Source of the DNA: Gemmatimonadota bacterium
GTDB taxonomy: Bacteria > Gemmatimonadota > Gemmatimonadetes > Palauibacterales > Palauibacteraceae
NCBI GenBank assembly: GCA_046484665.1
Contig: JAWOIN010000160.1
Location: 3,497-67,496 of the forward strand
DNA length: 64,000 nucleotides
Direction: 5' to 3'
This document shows, piece after piece, positions 8,760 through 18,662 of this stretch; the stretch's first letter is position 1, and each line of letters begins with the position of its first letter. The notes beneath the pieces were generated by a model, which saw only the letters and a list, made by a program, of their open reading frames with translations, did no database searches and was not told where the DNA came from. Position numbers and translations under genes: made by a program.

Positions 8760-10152
8760 GCTCGGGGCGCGCGTGACGGCGGAGCGGGGGGACTACGGGT
8801 CGCGACAGCCGCCGTGGTCGGAGGAGGCGGAGATCTCCGTTCTCTCGGCGATGCTGATCGACGGCGACGCCGTGGCCCGCGCCGTCGAGATGGTCGACGA
8901 CGGCTCGTTCTACAAGGAGGCGAACCGCAGGGTCTTCCGGGGCATGCTGCGCCTGTACTCGCGCGGCGAGGTGATCGACGTCGTCACCCTCTCGGACGAG
9001 CTGAAGAGCTCCGGCGAGATCGAGGGGGCCGGGGGGATGTCCTACCTGGCGCGTCTCGTAGACGCGGTTCCGACGGCGGCGAACATCGAGTACCACTGCC
9101 GGATCCTGAAGGACAAGGCGGTGCTCCGCCGCCTGATCGAGGCCGCCACCGACATCGTCCAGGAGGCCTACGAGGCGCCGGCCGGCGAGGTGGACGACAC
9201 CCTCGACCGGGCGGAGCAGCGGATCTTCCAGATCGCCCAGGCATCGGAGCGGCAGGGGTTCGTCTGGATCAAGGAGATCCTGTGGCCGGCGTTCGAGCGG
9301 ATCGAGGAGCTCCAGCGCAGCCCCGGATCGGTGACCGGTGTCCCGAGCGGCTTCCCCGACCTCGACAACCTGACGGCGGGCTTTCAGCGGAGCGACCTGA
9401 TCGTGGTCGCGGGCCGTCCCTCGATGGGCAAGACGGCGCTCGCCCTGAACTTCGCGCAGAACGCGGCGATCGAGCACGACGTGCCGGTCGCCGTGTTCTC
9501 GCTCGAGATGTCGAAGGAGTCTCTCGTGCAGCGCCTTCTCTGTGCGGAGGGCCGGGTCGACTCGGGACGCCTCCGCCGCGGCCGCCTCCAGGACGACGAG
9601 TACGCGCGGCTGGCGACGGCGGCCGGGCACCTGAACACGGCGCCGATCTGGATCGATGACACGCCCGCGATCACGCCGCTCGAGGTGCGCGCCAAGGCCC
9701 GTTGGCTGGCTGCGGAAGTCGACCTCGGGCTCGTCATCGTCGACTACCTCCAGCTGATGGCAGGACCGCGGAACGTCGAGAACCGGCAGCAGGAGATCAG
9801 CGCGATCTCCCGGAGCCTCAAGGCGGTCGCGAAGGAGCTGAACGTCCCTGTCATCTCCCTGTCGCAGCTGTCGCGCGCCCCGGAGCAGCGGACGGACAAG
9901 CGGCCGCTCCTGGCCGACCTGCGGGAGTCCGGCGCGATCGAGCAGGACGCGGACCTGGTGATCTTCGTCTACCGCGAGGAGGCCTATCGCAAGGCCGGGG
10001 ACCTGCTCGACGAGAAGGGCGAGTCGCTCGAGGGACGGGCGGAGATCATCGTCGGCAAGCAGCGGAACGGCCCGACCGGCCTTGTGAACCTCTACTTCCA
10101 CAAGTCCTACACCCTGTTCGAGTCCCTGGCGCCGCGGGAGGACGACCGCTGA
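8752..10152 (+). CDS. dnaB: Replicative DNA helicase
   Basis: 466 aa. The N-terminal domain (SEEAEISVLSAMLID) is followed by RecA-like Walker motifs (GRPSMGKTALAL) and ends LADLRESGAIEQDADLV. Confidence 0.95.
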   Translation: MAELGARVTAERGDYGSRQPPWSEEAEISVLSAMLIDGDAVARAVEMVDDGSFYKEANRRVFRGMLRLYSRGEVIDVVTLSDELKSSGEIEGAGGMSYLARLVDAVPTAANIEYHCRILKDKAVLRRLIEAATDIVQEAYEAPAGEVDDTLDRAEQRIFQIAQASERQGFVWIKEILWPAFERIEELQRSPGSVTGVPSGFPDLDNLTAGFQRSDLIVVAGRPSMGKTALALNFAQNAAIEHDVPVAVFSLEMSKESLVQRLLCAEGRVDSGRLRRGRLQDDEYARLATAAGHLNTAPIWIDDTPAITPLEVRAKARWLAAEVDLGLVIVDYLQLMAGPRNVENRQQEISAISRSLKAVAKELNVPVISLSQLSRAPEQRTDKRPLLADLRESGAIEQDADLVIFVYREEAYRKAGDLLDEKGESLEGRAEIIVGKQRNGPTGLVNLYFHKSYTLFESLAPREDDR

Positions 10153-11516
10153 GCCGTCCGCGACCGACTTTCTTCTGTCGCGAGTGCGGGGGGGAGTCCC
10201 TCCGCTGGGAGGGGCGCTGTCCCGCGTGCGGGGCGTGGAACGCCCTCGTCGAAGCGCCCGCGCTCGGGACGTCGGCCCGGGAGGGCCGCTGGAAGGACGC
10301 GTCGCGCGGCGAGACCCGACCCGAGCCCCTCGCGGGCGAGACGCCGCCGGAGGCCGCCCGGATCGCAGTGGGGCTCGGCGAGATGGATCGCGTCCTGGGC
10401 GGAGGACTGGTGCCGGGCAGCCTGCTGCTCCTGGGCGGAGCGCCGGGCGTCGGCAAGTCGACGCTGCTCCTTCAGGCGGCGGGCGCGGTCGCCGCCGCCG
10501 GACGGGACGTCCTCTACGCGTCGGGCGAGGAGTCGCGCGACCAGGTACGGCTCCGCGCCGGGCGCCTCGGGGCGGCCGCGGGCGCGGTCTCCTTCCTCGC
10601 GACGCGGAGCGTGGAGGAGATCCTCGCCACCGCCGACCGGGTGCGGCCGTCGCTCCTCTGCGTGGATTCCGTGCAGACCCTGGCGAGCGCCGAGGTCGGC
10701 TCCGCGTCCGGGACCGTCTCTCAGGTCCGCGCCTGCTCGGCCGCGCTCCAGCAGCTCGCCAAGTCCACCGCAGCCGCGACCGTGCTGGTCGGGCACGTCA
10801 CCAAGGACGGGAGCCTGGCGGGGCCCCGGACGCTCGAGCACCTGGTGGACGTGGTGCTGCACTTCGAGGGGGGCCGCGCCGGCGAGTACCGGATCCTCCG
10901 CGGGGGCAAGAACCGGTTCGGCGCCGCGGACGAGCTGGCCGTGTTCCGGATGACGGCGGCGGGCCTCGAGCCCGTCCCGGACCCGACGTCGCTCTTCCTC
11001 GAGGACCGGAACGAGTCGGTGAGCGGCTCGGCGATCGCGGTCCCGCTCCACGGGAGCCGCCCGCTGCTCGCGGAGGTGCAGGCGCTCACGGCGCGCTCCC
11101 GGTACCCGACGCCGCAGCGCGTCGCCACCGGCCTGGCTCCGCGGCGCCTCTCGATCCTCCTCGCGGTGCTGGAGCGTCGGGGCGGGATCGACCTCGGGGA
11201 GGTCGACGTGTTCGTGAACGTCATCGGCGGCCTCCGCCTCTCGGATCCGGCCTCCGACCTCGCCGTGGCCGCGGCGATCGCGTCCGCCCGGCTCGACCGC
11301 CCGCTCCCGGCCCGCACCGCGTTCGCCGCGGAGATCGGGCTGGGGGGCGAGCTGCGGACGGTCGCCCGCCCGGAGGCGAGGATCGCGGCGGCCCGCAGGG
11401 CGGGACTGGGGTCGGTGGTGCTTTCCGCGGGACACGAGGCGGCGCTCGGCGCGGAGCCGGGGGCCGTGTTCGCGCGCTCCCTTGCGGACGCGCTGCGGCT
11501 CGGCGAGGGGCCGTGA
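10149..11516 (+). CDS. radA: DNA repair protein RadA/Sms
   Basis: It has a zinc finger (FFCRECGGESLRWEGRCPACGAWN), a Walker A motif (GGAPGVGKSTLLLQ), a KNRFG motif and a Lon-like C-domain. No ATG, GTG or TTG precedes the zinc finger in frame. The likely start is the CTG at 10149, which overlaps the dnaB stop (CTGA). Confidence 0.88.
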   Translation: MSRPRPTFFCRECGGESLRWEGRCPACGAWNALVEAPALGTSAREGRWKDASRGETRPEPLAGETPPEAARIAVGLGEMDRVLGGGLVPGSLLLLGGAPGVGKSTLLLQAAGAVAAAGRDVLYASGEESRDQVRLRAGRLGAAAGAVSFLATRSVEEILATADRVRPSLLCVDSVQTLASAEVGSASGTVSQVRACSAALQQLAKSTAAATVLVGHVTKDGSLAGPRTLEHLVDVVLHFEGGRAGEYRILRGGKNRFGAADELAVFRMTAAGLEPVPDPTSLFLEDRNESVSGSAIAVPLHGSRPLLAEVQALTARSRYPTPQRVATGLAPRRLSILLAVLERRGGIDLGEVDVFVNVIGGLRLSDPASDLAVAAAIASARLDRPLPARTAFAAEIGLGGELRTVARPEARIAAARRAGLGSVVLSAGHEAALGAEPGAVFARSLADALRLGEGP

Positions 11517-12244
11517 GCGCGGCGGCGGTGGTCGTGGCGGGGGGCGAGGGCCGTCGGCTGGGGGGCGGCCGCAAGCAGTTCCGCCGGCTCGGCGTGGCCC
11601 CGTTGCTGGCCTGGTGCTGCGAGGCGCTCGCGCGGCACCCGGGAGTCTCGGAGCTCGTGGTCATCGTTCCGGTGGACGTGGCGGAGGCGCCTCCCAGCTG
11701 GCTGGCGGCGGTCGCGGACCGCGTGGTCGCCGGCGGCGCCACACGTCGGGAGTCCGTGCGGCGGGGCCTGGCCGCGGTGGAGGGAGCGCACGACGTGGTT
11801 CTCGTCCACGACGGCGCCCGTCCGTTCCTCTCGGAGGCGCTGGTCGACCGCGTCCTCGAGGCCGCCGCGGTGGGCCCCGCGATTCCGGGACTCCCGCTGT
11901 CCGATACCGTCAAGATGGTGGGCGACGACGGCCGGGTCCGCGCCACGCTCGACCGGGACCTGCTCCGGGCCGCGCAGACGCCGCAGGGCTTCCCGCTGGC
12001 GCTCCTCCGGGAGCTGCACGAGTCCGCGGCGGGGGACGACGGAGGGCCGGACGGCGGGGCCGCGGCCGGCGGCGTCACGGACGACGCGTACCTCTGCGAG
12101 CGGGCGGGGGTCCCGGTCCGGGTGGTGCCGGGAGAGGCGTGGAACGTGAAGGTGACGACCGCGCTCGACCTGGCGTTCGCGCGCTGGTGGGCGGAGAGCG
12201 GTGCGGCGGAGGCGGCGGGGGTCCGGTCGCCCCCGGCGACCTGA
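11513..12244 (+). CDS. ispD: 2-C-methyl-D-erythritol 4-phosphate cytidylyltransferase
   Basis: The N-terminus VSAAAVVVAGGEGRRLGGGRKQF plus a typical IspD fold. The GTG start overlaps the radA stop (GTGA). Confidence 0.88.
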   Translation: MSAAAVVVAGGEGRRLGGGRKQFRRLGVAPLLAWCCEALARHPGVSELVVIVPVDVAEAPPSWLAAVADRVVAGGATRRESVRRGLAAVEGAHDVVLVHDGARPFLSEALVDRVLEAAAVGPAIPGLPLSDTVKMVGDDGRVRATLDRDLLRAAQTPQGFPLALLRELHESAAGDDGGPDGGAAAGGVTDDAYLCERAGVPVRVVPGEAWNVKVTTALDLAFARWWAESGAAEAAGVRSPPAT

Positions 12245-12248
12245 CGCG

Positions 12249-12899
12249 ATGGCGGGATACGAGGACCTCGGCGCGCTGCCGGGACCGGAGGAGAGGATCG
12301 CGGCGGCGGCGGACGGCCTGGCGGCCGGCGCGCTGCTGGCCCACCCGACGACGAGGGTGTACGGGGTCGGGGGACCCGCGACGCCGGCCGCCGACGCGGA
12401 GCTGTCCCGCCTTAAGGGCCGGAGGCCGGAGGGTCCGGTTCTCCGGATCGGGGCCGACGTCGGGAGGCTCCGCTCCCTGTACCCGTCCGCGGCCTGGAGC
12501 GCGGACGCGGCGCGCCTCGCGGAGCGGTTCTGGCCCGGCCCGCTCACGCTGGTGCTCGACGACGGCACCGCGCGGGGCCTCGCGCTGCGCGTGGAGGCGC
12601 ACCCGCTGACCCGGGCCGTCCTCGCCCGGTGGAGCGGCGCGCTGGGGTCCACCAGCCTGAACCGGACCGGTCACCCTCCGGCCCGGACCGAGGCCGAGGC
12701 GCGGGAGGCGCTCGACGCGCTGCTCGAAGCGCTGCCCGGGCCGGCGCTCCGCCTGCTGTTCCTGCCCGCCGGGGACCTGGCCGGGCCCCCGCCCTCGACG
12801 CTGCTCTCGCTCCTTCCGCCGGGCCCCCGCCTTCTCCGGGAGGGGGCGATCCCGCGCGCGGAGATCGAGGCCGCGCTCGGCCGCGGGGTCCTCCCGTGA
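12249..12899 (+). CDS. tsaC: L-threonylcarbamoyladenylate synthase (YrdC/TsaC family)
   Basis: It carries FWPGPLTLVL and GSTSLNRTG motifs. The product is about 216 aa. Confidence 0.82.
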   Translation: MAGYEDLGALPGPEERIAAAADGLAAGALLAHPTTRVYGVGGPATPAADAELSRLKGRRPEGPVLRIGADVGRLRSLYPSAAWSADAARLAERFWPGPLTLVLDDGTARGLALRVEAHPLTRAVLARWSGALGSTSLNRTGHPPARTEAEAREALDALLEALPGPALRLLFLPAGDLAGPPPSTLLSLLPPGPRLLREGAIPRAEIEAALGRGVLP

Positions 12900-13372
12900 C
12901 GGCGCGCCGGGTGCTGTTCGTCTGCACGGGGAACACCTGCCGCAGTCCGATGGCGGAGGGGATCGCCCGGGCGCGAGCCGGAAGCGGCGCCGGGGCGCCG
13001 GAGTTCACGTCGGCGGGGACCTGGGCGGCCACCGGCTTCCCGGCTTCGGAAGGCGCCGTCCGCGTCGCGGCCCGCCACGGGATCGACCTCGGGTCGCACC
13101 GGTCCGTGCCGCTCACGGCGGGGGCGGTGGCGGGGGCGGATCTCCTCGTGGCGATGACTCCGGACCATCGCGAGGCGGCCGCCGAACTGTTCCCGGCGGT
13201 CCGGGCCCTGCTCGCCACCGAGCTGCTCCCGGACGACGACCCCCGGCACGGACGGCCGGTTCCGGACCCGTTCGGCGGTCCGGACGAGGCGTACGACGAG
13301 ACGTGGGACGTGCTCGCCGACTGCGTCGATGCCCTCCTCGCCCGACTGGAGGAAGACGGTGAGCCGGCCTGA
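12896..13372 (+). CDS. Low-molecular-weight protein tyrosine phosphatase
   Basis: The signature VLFVCTGNTCRSPMAEG is a CX5R(S/T) P-loop. The GTG start overlaps the tsaC stop (GTGA). Confidence 0.88.
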   Translation: MTARRVLFVCTGNTCRSPMAEGIARARAGSGAGAPEFTSAGTWAATGFPASEGAVRVAARHGIDLGSHRSVPLTAGAVAGADLLVAMTPDHREAAAELFPAVRALLATELLPDDDPRHGRPVPDPFGGPDEAYDETWDVLADCVDALLARLEEDGEPA

Positions 13373-14195
13373 TCCCCTCGTGCTGGGGCTGGTCGGGGAC
13401 CCCGTCTCGCACTCCCTCTCGCCGCGCATGCACGCGGCCGCCTTCCACGCCCTCGGGATCGCGGCCGAGTATCGGACCGTCCGGGTGCCGGCCGACCACC
13501 CGGACGAGGTGGAGCCCGCGCTCCGCGCGCTCGCGTCGACCGGGGGCGGCAATGTCACGCTGCCGCACAAGCAGACGGCCGCGGCGGCTCTCGACGTCGC
13601 CTCGGAGGAGGTGCGGCTCACGGGGGCCTGCAACTGCTTCTGGGAGGACTCCCGCGGACGGCTGTGCGGGGACAACACTGACGTGGGCGGGGTCCTGGGG
13701 GCGCTTGGCGAGTTGCGGGGATTTCGGCCGCGGGGGGCGCGGGTGCTCGTGCTGGGCGCGGGCGGCGCCGCGCGGGCGGCCGTGGTCGCCTGTGCTCGTG
13801 CCGGTGCGGCGCGGGTCGCCGTCCGGAATCGGGACCGGGGCAGGGCGGAGGCGCTGGTGGCGTCGCTGGTGCGGGACGGCGGCGCGGCGCTGACCGTGGA
13901 CGACGGCGGGGCGCTCGACGGGCGGCTGGACCTCGTCGTCCAGGCGACCTCGCTCGGACTCTTGGTCGGGGACCCGCTCCCGCTGCGCCTGGACGGCCTC
14001 GACGTCGGATCGGCGCTCGACCTCGTCTACGCGCCCGGCGGCACGGCCTGGACCCGACACGCGCGCGCCGTCGGGATCGACTCGGTTGACGGGCTGCGCG
14101 TCCTGCTCCACCAGGGAGCGCTTTCGCTGGCGCGCTGGCTCGGCTCCCCGCCGGACGCGGCGGTCGTGCGGGCGATGGAAGAGGCGCTGGCGTGA
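13359..14195 (+). CDS. aroE: Shikimate dehydrogenase
   Basis: The N-terminus reads LVLGLVGDPVSHSLSPRMHAAAF and is followed by a Rossmann motif (VLVLGAGGAARAAV). The start is GTG at 13359, or possibly ATG at 13329. Confidence 0.88.
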   Translation: MSRPDPLVLGLVGDPVSHSLSPRMHAAAFHALGIAAEYRTVRVPADHPDEVEPALRALASTGGGNVTLPHKQTAAAALDVASEEVRLTGACNCFWEDSRGRLCGDNTDVGGVLGALGELRGFRPRGARVLVLGAGGAARAAVVACARAGAARVAVRNRDRGRAEALVASLVRDGGAALTVDDGGALDGRLDLVVQATSLGLLVGDPLPLRLDGLDVGSALDLVYAPGGTAWTRHARAVGIDSVDGLRVLLHQGALSLARWLGSPPDAAVVRAMEEALA

Positions 14196-14980
14196 TCGGG
14201 GCGGCGCGCCGGGGCCTGCGGCGGACGGTGGACCTGCTGGACCGCCTGATTCCGGCCGCGTGCGCCGGGTGCGGAGCGGCGACGCCCCCTGGACGTGCGC
14301 CCGTCTGCGGCGCCTGCGTCGCGCGGCTGCCGGAGATTCCGCTGCCGCACTGTCCGCGCTGTGGCTTCACTCGGATTCCGGGGATCACGGGAGGCGCGGG
14401 ATGCGGCGAGTGCGAGGGCTGGTCCGACGCCCTTCCGGGGGCGGCCGCGGCGTTCCTCCACGAGCCCCCGGCGGACCTCCTGGTCCACGGGCTCAAGTAC
14501 CGCGGCTGGACGGCGCTCGCCCCGTGGATGGGAGCGCGGATGGCGGGGCCGGCGCGCCGCCTCGCCGCCGGCGAGGAGCCGTGGCTCGTGCCGGTGCCCC
14601 TCTCCCGGTCCCGCCTGCGCGAGCGGGGCTACAACCAGGCCCTGCTGCTGGCGCGCGGACTGTCCGCGGCGACGGGCTGGCCGGTGGCGGAGCCGCTGCG
14701 CCGCGGCCGGGCATCGGCGAGCCAGGCGGGCCTCGGGCGCTCTGCCCGCGCGCGGAACGTCCGCGGGGCGTACGAGGCGGTTCCCTCGAAGCTCCCCGGA
14801 CGGGACGGCCTCCCGCCGGCCCCGTCGAGGGAGCGCGCGGGCCGGGCGCTGCTCGTGGACGACGTCCTGACGACCGGCGCGACGGCCGCGGCCTGCGCCG
14901 AGGCGCTGCGGGCGGCCGGCCTGTGGTGCCTGGGCGTCGTGTGCTTCGCGAGGACTCCGCCCCGGGAGCCGGGCCGCTGA
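14192..14980 (+). CDS. comF: ComF family protein (phosphoribosyltransferase domain)
   Basis: A Cys-rich zinc-finger-like N-terminus (CAGCG...CGAC...CPRCG) is followed by a PRTase motif ([17 protein letters not shown]). The GTG start overlaps the aroE stop. Confidence 0.78.
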   Translation: MIGAARRGLRRTVDLLDRLIPAACAGCGAATPPGRAPVCGACVARLPEIPLPHCPRCGFTRIPGITGGAGCGECEGWSDALPGAAAAFLHEPPADLLVHGLKYRGWTALAPWMGARMAGPARRLAAGEEPWLVPVPLSRSRLRERGYNQALLLARGLSAATGWPVAEPLRRGRASASQAGLGRSARARNVRGAYEAVPSKLPGRDGLPPAPSRERAGRALLVDDVLTTGATAAACAEALRAAGLWCLGVVCFARTPPREPGR

Positions 14981-15089
14981 CCGCGGGGGTTGTCCGCGGT
15001 CCGCCGGTCCCGCAAGCTTCAGGCTCGCCCGCCGGGACGAGTGTGCCGGCGCGAAACGGACCGGATCCTCAGTCGCGAGGAGAACGCAT

Positions 15090-16100
15090 ATGTCGGTGAA
15101 GATCGCCATCAACGGATTCGGCCGGATCGGCCGCAACATTCTCCGCTCCGCGCTCGGGCAGGGCATGGGCGAGCTCGACCTCGTAGCCATCAACGACCTG
15201 ACGGACGCGAAGACGCTCGGCCACCTGTTCAAGTACGACTCCGTGCACGGTCGCTACGACGGCGACGTGAGCGTGGACGGCCACGACCTCGTGGTGGACG
15301 GAGAGCGGTTCACCGTCCTCTCGGAGCGCGACCCGGCGAAGCTGCCGTGGGCGGACCTCGGCGTGGAAATCGTGTTCGAGTCGACGGGGGCGTTCCGCAA
15401 GCGCCCGGACATGCAGAAGCACATCGACGCCGGAGCGCGGAAGGTCGTTGTCACGGCGCCCGCCGACGACCCGGACCTCACGATCGTGCTCGGCGTGAAC
15501 GACGAGGCCTACGATCCGGCGACCCACCACATCATCTCGAACGCCTCCTGCACGACGAACTGCGTCGCGCCCGTCGTGAAGGTGCTGGTGGACGAGTTCG
15601 GATTCCGGAACGGGCTGATGACGACCGTCCACAGCTACACGAACGACCAGATGATCCTGGACCTGCCGCACAAGGACCTCCGGAGGGCGCGCGCCGCCGC
15701 GGTCTCGATCATCCCGACCACGACGGGCGCGGCGAAGGCGACGGGCCTCGTGATTCCCTCCGTGAAGGGCAGGATCGACGGGATGGCGATGCGCGTGCCG
15801 ACGCCCAACGTCTCGATCGTGGACCTCGTGGCGACGCTCGAGCGCGAGACCTCCGTCGATGAGCTCAACGCCACGATGCGCTCCGCCTCGGAGGGCGCTC
15901 TCGCGGGGATCCTCGGCTACGAGGAGACACCGCTGGTCTCCGTCGACTACATCGGCGATCCGCGGAGCGCGATCGTGGATGCGCTCTCGACCGCCGTGGT
16001 TGGCGGGAACCTCGTCAAGGTCGTCGCGTGGTACGACAACGAGTGGGCCTACTCGACCCGCTGCGTCGACCTGGCGCGCCTCATCGGCGCGAGCCTCTGA
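15090..16100 (+). CDS. gap: Glyceraldehyde-3-phosphate dehydrogenase
   Basis: The N-terminus [16 protein letters not shown] and the active site SNASCTTNC are present. Confidence 0.95.
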   Translation: MSVKIAINGFGRIGRNILRSALGQGMGELDLVAINDLTDAKTLGHLFKYDSVHGRYDGDVSVDGHDLVVDGERFTVLSERDPAKLPWADLGVEIVFESTGAFRKRPDMQKHIDAGARKVVVTAPADDPDLTIVLGVNDEAYDPATHHIISNASCTTNCVAPVVKVLVDEFGFRNGLMTTVHSYTNDQMILDLPHKDLRRARAAAVSIIPTTTGAAKATGLVIPSVKGRIDGMAMRVPTPNVSIVDLVATLERETSVDELNATMRSASEGALAGILGYEETPLVSVDYIGDPRSAIVDALSTAVVGGNLVKVVAWYDNEWAYSTRCVDLARLIGASL

Positions 16101-16114
16101 TTCCGGGAGGCCCG

Positions 16115-17320
16115 ATGCGACGCCGGACGATCGACGACCTGTCGCCGGAGGTCCTGCGAGGGCGCAGGGCCCTGGTGCGGGTGGACTACAACGTTCCGAT
16201 GGACGACGACGGTACCGTCCGGGACGCGGCGCGGGTCGAGGGGAGCCTCCGGACTCTCCGCCGCCTGCTGGAAGCCGGCGCCCGACCGGTGCTCCTGTCC
16301 CACCTGGGCCGGCCGAAGGGGGAGCCGGACCCACGTTACTCCCTCCGCCCGGTCGCCGCGGTGCTCGAGAAGCTGCTCGGGGCGCCGGTCAGATTTCTGG
16401 AACAGACCGACGGCGAAGAGGCCGTGAAGGCGAGCACGATGCTGCAGCCGGGCTCGGTGCTCCTGCTCGAGAACACCCGGTTCCTGCCGGGCGAGACGAA
16501 GAACGACCCGGCCCTCTCCAAGCGGCTGGCCCGGCTGGGCGACTTCTTCGTGAACGACGCGTTCGGCAGCACGCACCGGGCGCACGCGTCGGTCGTGGGC
16601 GTTACGGAGTTCCTGCGTCCGGCGGTGGCGGGACTGCTCGTGGAGTCGGAGCTGGAGGCGCTCTCGTCGCTGCGATCGCCGCGGGCCCGGCCGTTCGTCG
16701 TGGCGTTCGGGGGCGCGAAGATCGCCGACAAGGTTCCGATGATCGAGACCCTGCTGGAGCGGGCGGACATCCTGCTGATCGGCGGGGCGATGGCCAACAC
16801 CTTCCTCCGCGCGCAGGGAATGTCGATGGGCGCTTCGCTGGTGGAGGAGGAGGCCGTGGAGGCGGCGGCCGACTTCCTCGAGCGGCCGGGGAACGGGCTG
16901 CGGCTGCCAACCGACCTCGTGATCGCCGAGCAGGGCGCCGCGGACGCCTCGCGGTCCAGGATCGTCCGGGTGGACGCGATTCCCGACGGAATGGCCGCCT
17001 ACGACATCGGACCCGAGACGCGGGAGACGTTCGCGCAGGCGATCGGCGAGAGTCGGACGTTCTTCTGGAACGGTCCGATGGGTCTGTTCGAGCGGCCGGG
17101 ATTCGACTCCGGCACGGTCCGGATCGCGGAGGCGGCGGCCGGGGCCACGGCGGAGGGCGCGTTCACGGTGGTCGGCGGGGGAGACTCCGCCAGCGCGATC
17201 CGGCAGGCGGGCCTCGCCGGCGCCGTGTCGCACGTCTCGACCGGCGGCGGCGCTTCCCTCGAGTATCTGGCCGCCGGAACGCTGCCGGGGATCGAGGTGC
17301 TGGACGAGGCGTCCCGATGA
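16115..17320 (+). CDS. pgk: Phosphoglycerate kinase
   Basis: It carries RVDYNVPMDDDG, GRPKG and FGSTHRAHAS. Translation begins at the ATG at 16115, inside the longer track ORF. Confidence 0.95.
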   Translation: MRRRTIDDLSPEVLRGRRALVRVDYNVPMDDDGTVRDAARVEGSLRTLRRLLEAGARPVLLSHLGRPKGEPDPRYSLRPVAAVLEKLLGAPVRFLEQTDGEEAVKASTMLQPGSVLLLENTRFLPGETKNDPALSKRLARLGDFFVNDAFGSTHRAHASVVGVTEFLRPAVAGLLVESELEALSSLRSPRARPFVVAFGGAKIADKVPMIETLLERADILLIGGAMANTFLRAQGMSMGASLVEEEAVEAAADFLERPGNGLRLPTDLVIAEQGAADASRSRIVRVDAIPDGMAAYDIGPETRETFAQAIGESRTFFWNGPMGLFERPGFDSGTVRIAEAAAGATAEGAFTVVGGGDSASAIRQAGLAGAVSHVSTGGGASLEYLAAGTLPGIEVLDEASR

Positions 17321-18093
17321 CGGCGCGCGCCACGCCGCTGTTCGCCGGGAACTGGAAAATGCACAAAGGGCCCCGCGACGCCGGTCGCTTCGTCGCTCGG
17401 TTCTCGGAACTGCACGCGCCCCGTTCGGATCGCCGCGTGGCGTTCTTCCCGGCCGCGGTCAGCCTGCCGGCCTTCCTCGCCGCGGCGGCCGGGCGTCCGG
17501 ACCTCGAGGCGGGCGTGCAGGACGTCCACGAGGAGGCGGAGGGCGCGCACACCGGGGCGATCTCGGCGTCGATGGCCGCCGAGGCCGGCGCGAAGTGGTC
17601 GCTCTCGGGGCACTCCGAGCGCCGGCGGGAGTTCGGCGACGACGATGCGCTGGTGGCGGCGAAGACTCGCCGCATCCTCGAGGCGTCCCTGAAGCCGATC
17701 GTCTGCATCGGCGAGACGCTCGAGGAAAGGGAAGCGGGACGGCTGGAGGAGGTCCTCGAGCGCCAGGTCCGCACGGTACTGGCCGGGCTCGCGGGGGACG
17801 CCGCGGCGCGGCTGACGTGGGCGTACGAGCCGGTGTGGGCGATCGGCACCGGTCGAACCGCGTCCGCGGAGGACGCGTCCGCGGCGCACGGGATCGCGCG
17901 GGACGCGATCGCGGCCGGAGCGGGGGACGCGACCGCGGAGTCCGCGACGCTCCTCTACGGGGGCAGCGTCAAGCCGGCGAGCATCGCGGAGCTGATGGCG
18001 GCACCCGGAGTGGACGGCGTCCTGGTAGGGGGAGCGAGCCTGGACCCCGAGGCGTTCGCGGCGATCTGCGCGAGTCCGCTTCCCGCGCGTTGA
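17317..18093 (+). CDS. tpiA: Triosephosphate isomerase
   Basis: It carries PLFAGNWKMH, the catalytic-loop residues SLSGHSERR, and AYEPVWAIGTG. The ATG overlaps the pgk stop (ATGA). Confidence 0.93.
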   Translation: MTARATPLFAGNWKMHKGPRDAGRFVARFSELHAPRSDRRVAFFPAAVSLPAFLAAAAGRPDLEAGVQDVHEEAEGAHTGAISASMAAEAGAKWSLSGHSERRREFGDDDALVAAKTRRILEASLKPIVCIGETLEEREAGRLEEVLERQVRTVLAGLAGDAAARLTWAYEPVWAIGTGRTASAEDASAAHGIARDAIAAGAGDATAESATLLYGGSVKPASIAELMAAPGVDGVLVGGASLDPEAFAAICASPLPAR

Positions 18094-18174
18094 CGGCCGG
18101 CGGGGCGCCGACTAGCTTCCTTTCGTTGCGGGCCGCGAGGCCCGCGGCGCGTTTCTACCCGGAACCGAGGTCTG

Positions 18175-18618
18175 ATGTTTTACACGCTCCTGGTTGTGCT
18201 GATCAGCGTCCTGGCGATCCTCCTGATCTCCATCGTGCTCCTGCAGTCGGGCAAGGGCGGCGGGCTCGCGGCAGAGTTCGGCGGCGCCTCGTCCTCGACC
18301 GAGTCCATCATCGGCGGCCGGCAGGCGGCGAACGTCCTCACCCACGCGACCTGGATCGGCGGGGGCGTGTTCCTCGTGCTCTCGCTCCTGCTCGCGATCC
18401 TCTCGGCTCGCGTGGGGGGTCCTCCGGAGTCGATCCTGCGCAGCGAGTTCCAGACCGGACCGGCCGGCCAGGTCGCCCCCGCCTCGGTGCTCGAGACGGA
18501 GGGCGAGCGTCCGCCGTCGCTCCTCGACGACGCGCGAGAGCCGGGCGAGGTCCCGGAGAGCGGTCGGGTCCCCGCGGGCGAGCCCGCGCCGCCTCCCGAC
18601 GGGGGCGGTTCGAACTGA
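18175..18618 (+). CDS. secG: Preprotein translocase subunit SecG
   Basis: A TM helix (MFYTLLVVLISVLAILLISIVLLQSGKGGGL) is followed by a second TM. The gap-pgk-tpiA-secG order is conserved. Confidence 0.85.
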   Translation: MFYTLLVVLISVLAILLISIVLLQSGKGGGLAAEFGGASSSTESIIGGRQAANVLTHATWIGGGVFLVLSLLLAILSARVGGPPESILRSEFQTGPAGQVAPASVLETEGERPPSLLDDAREPGEVPESGRVPAGEPAPPPDGGGSN

Positions 18619-18662
18619 CCGCGATCGGCTGACGGCGGGGACGCGTCGTCGCGGCCCGGCCC

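Noticed and set aside
2760-10101. Long minus-strand ORFs (2760..4721, 4331..6541, 6336..8597, 8587..10101) and similar antisense ORFs throughout the track
   Set aside because: Their translations are Arg/Pro/Gly/Ala-rich low-complexity mirror images of confidently assigned plus-strand genes. This is typical of spurious antisense ORFs in 70%-GC DNA.
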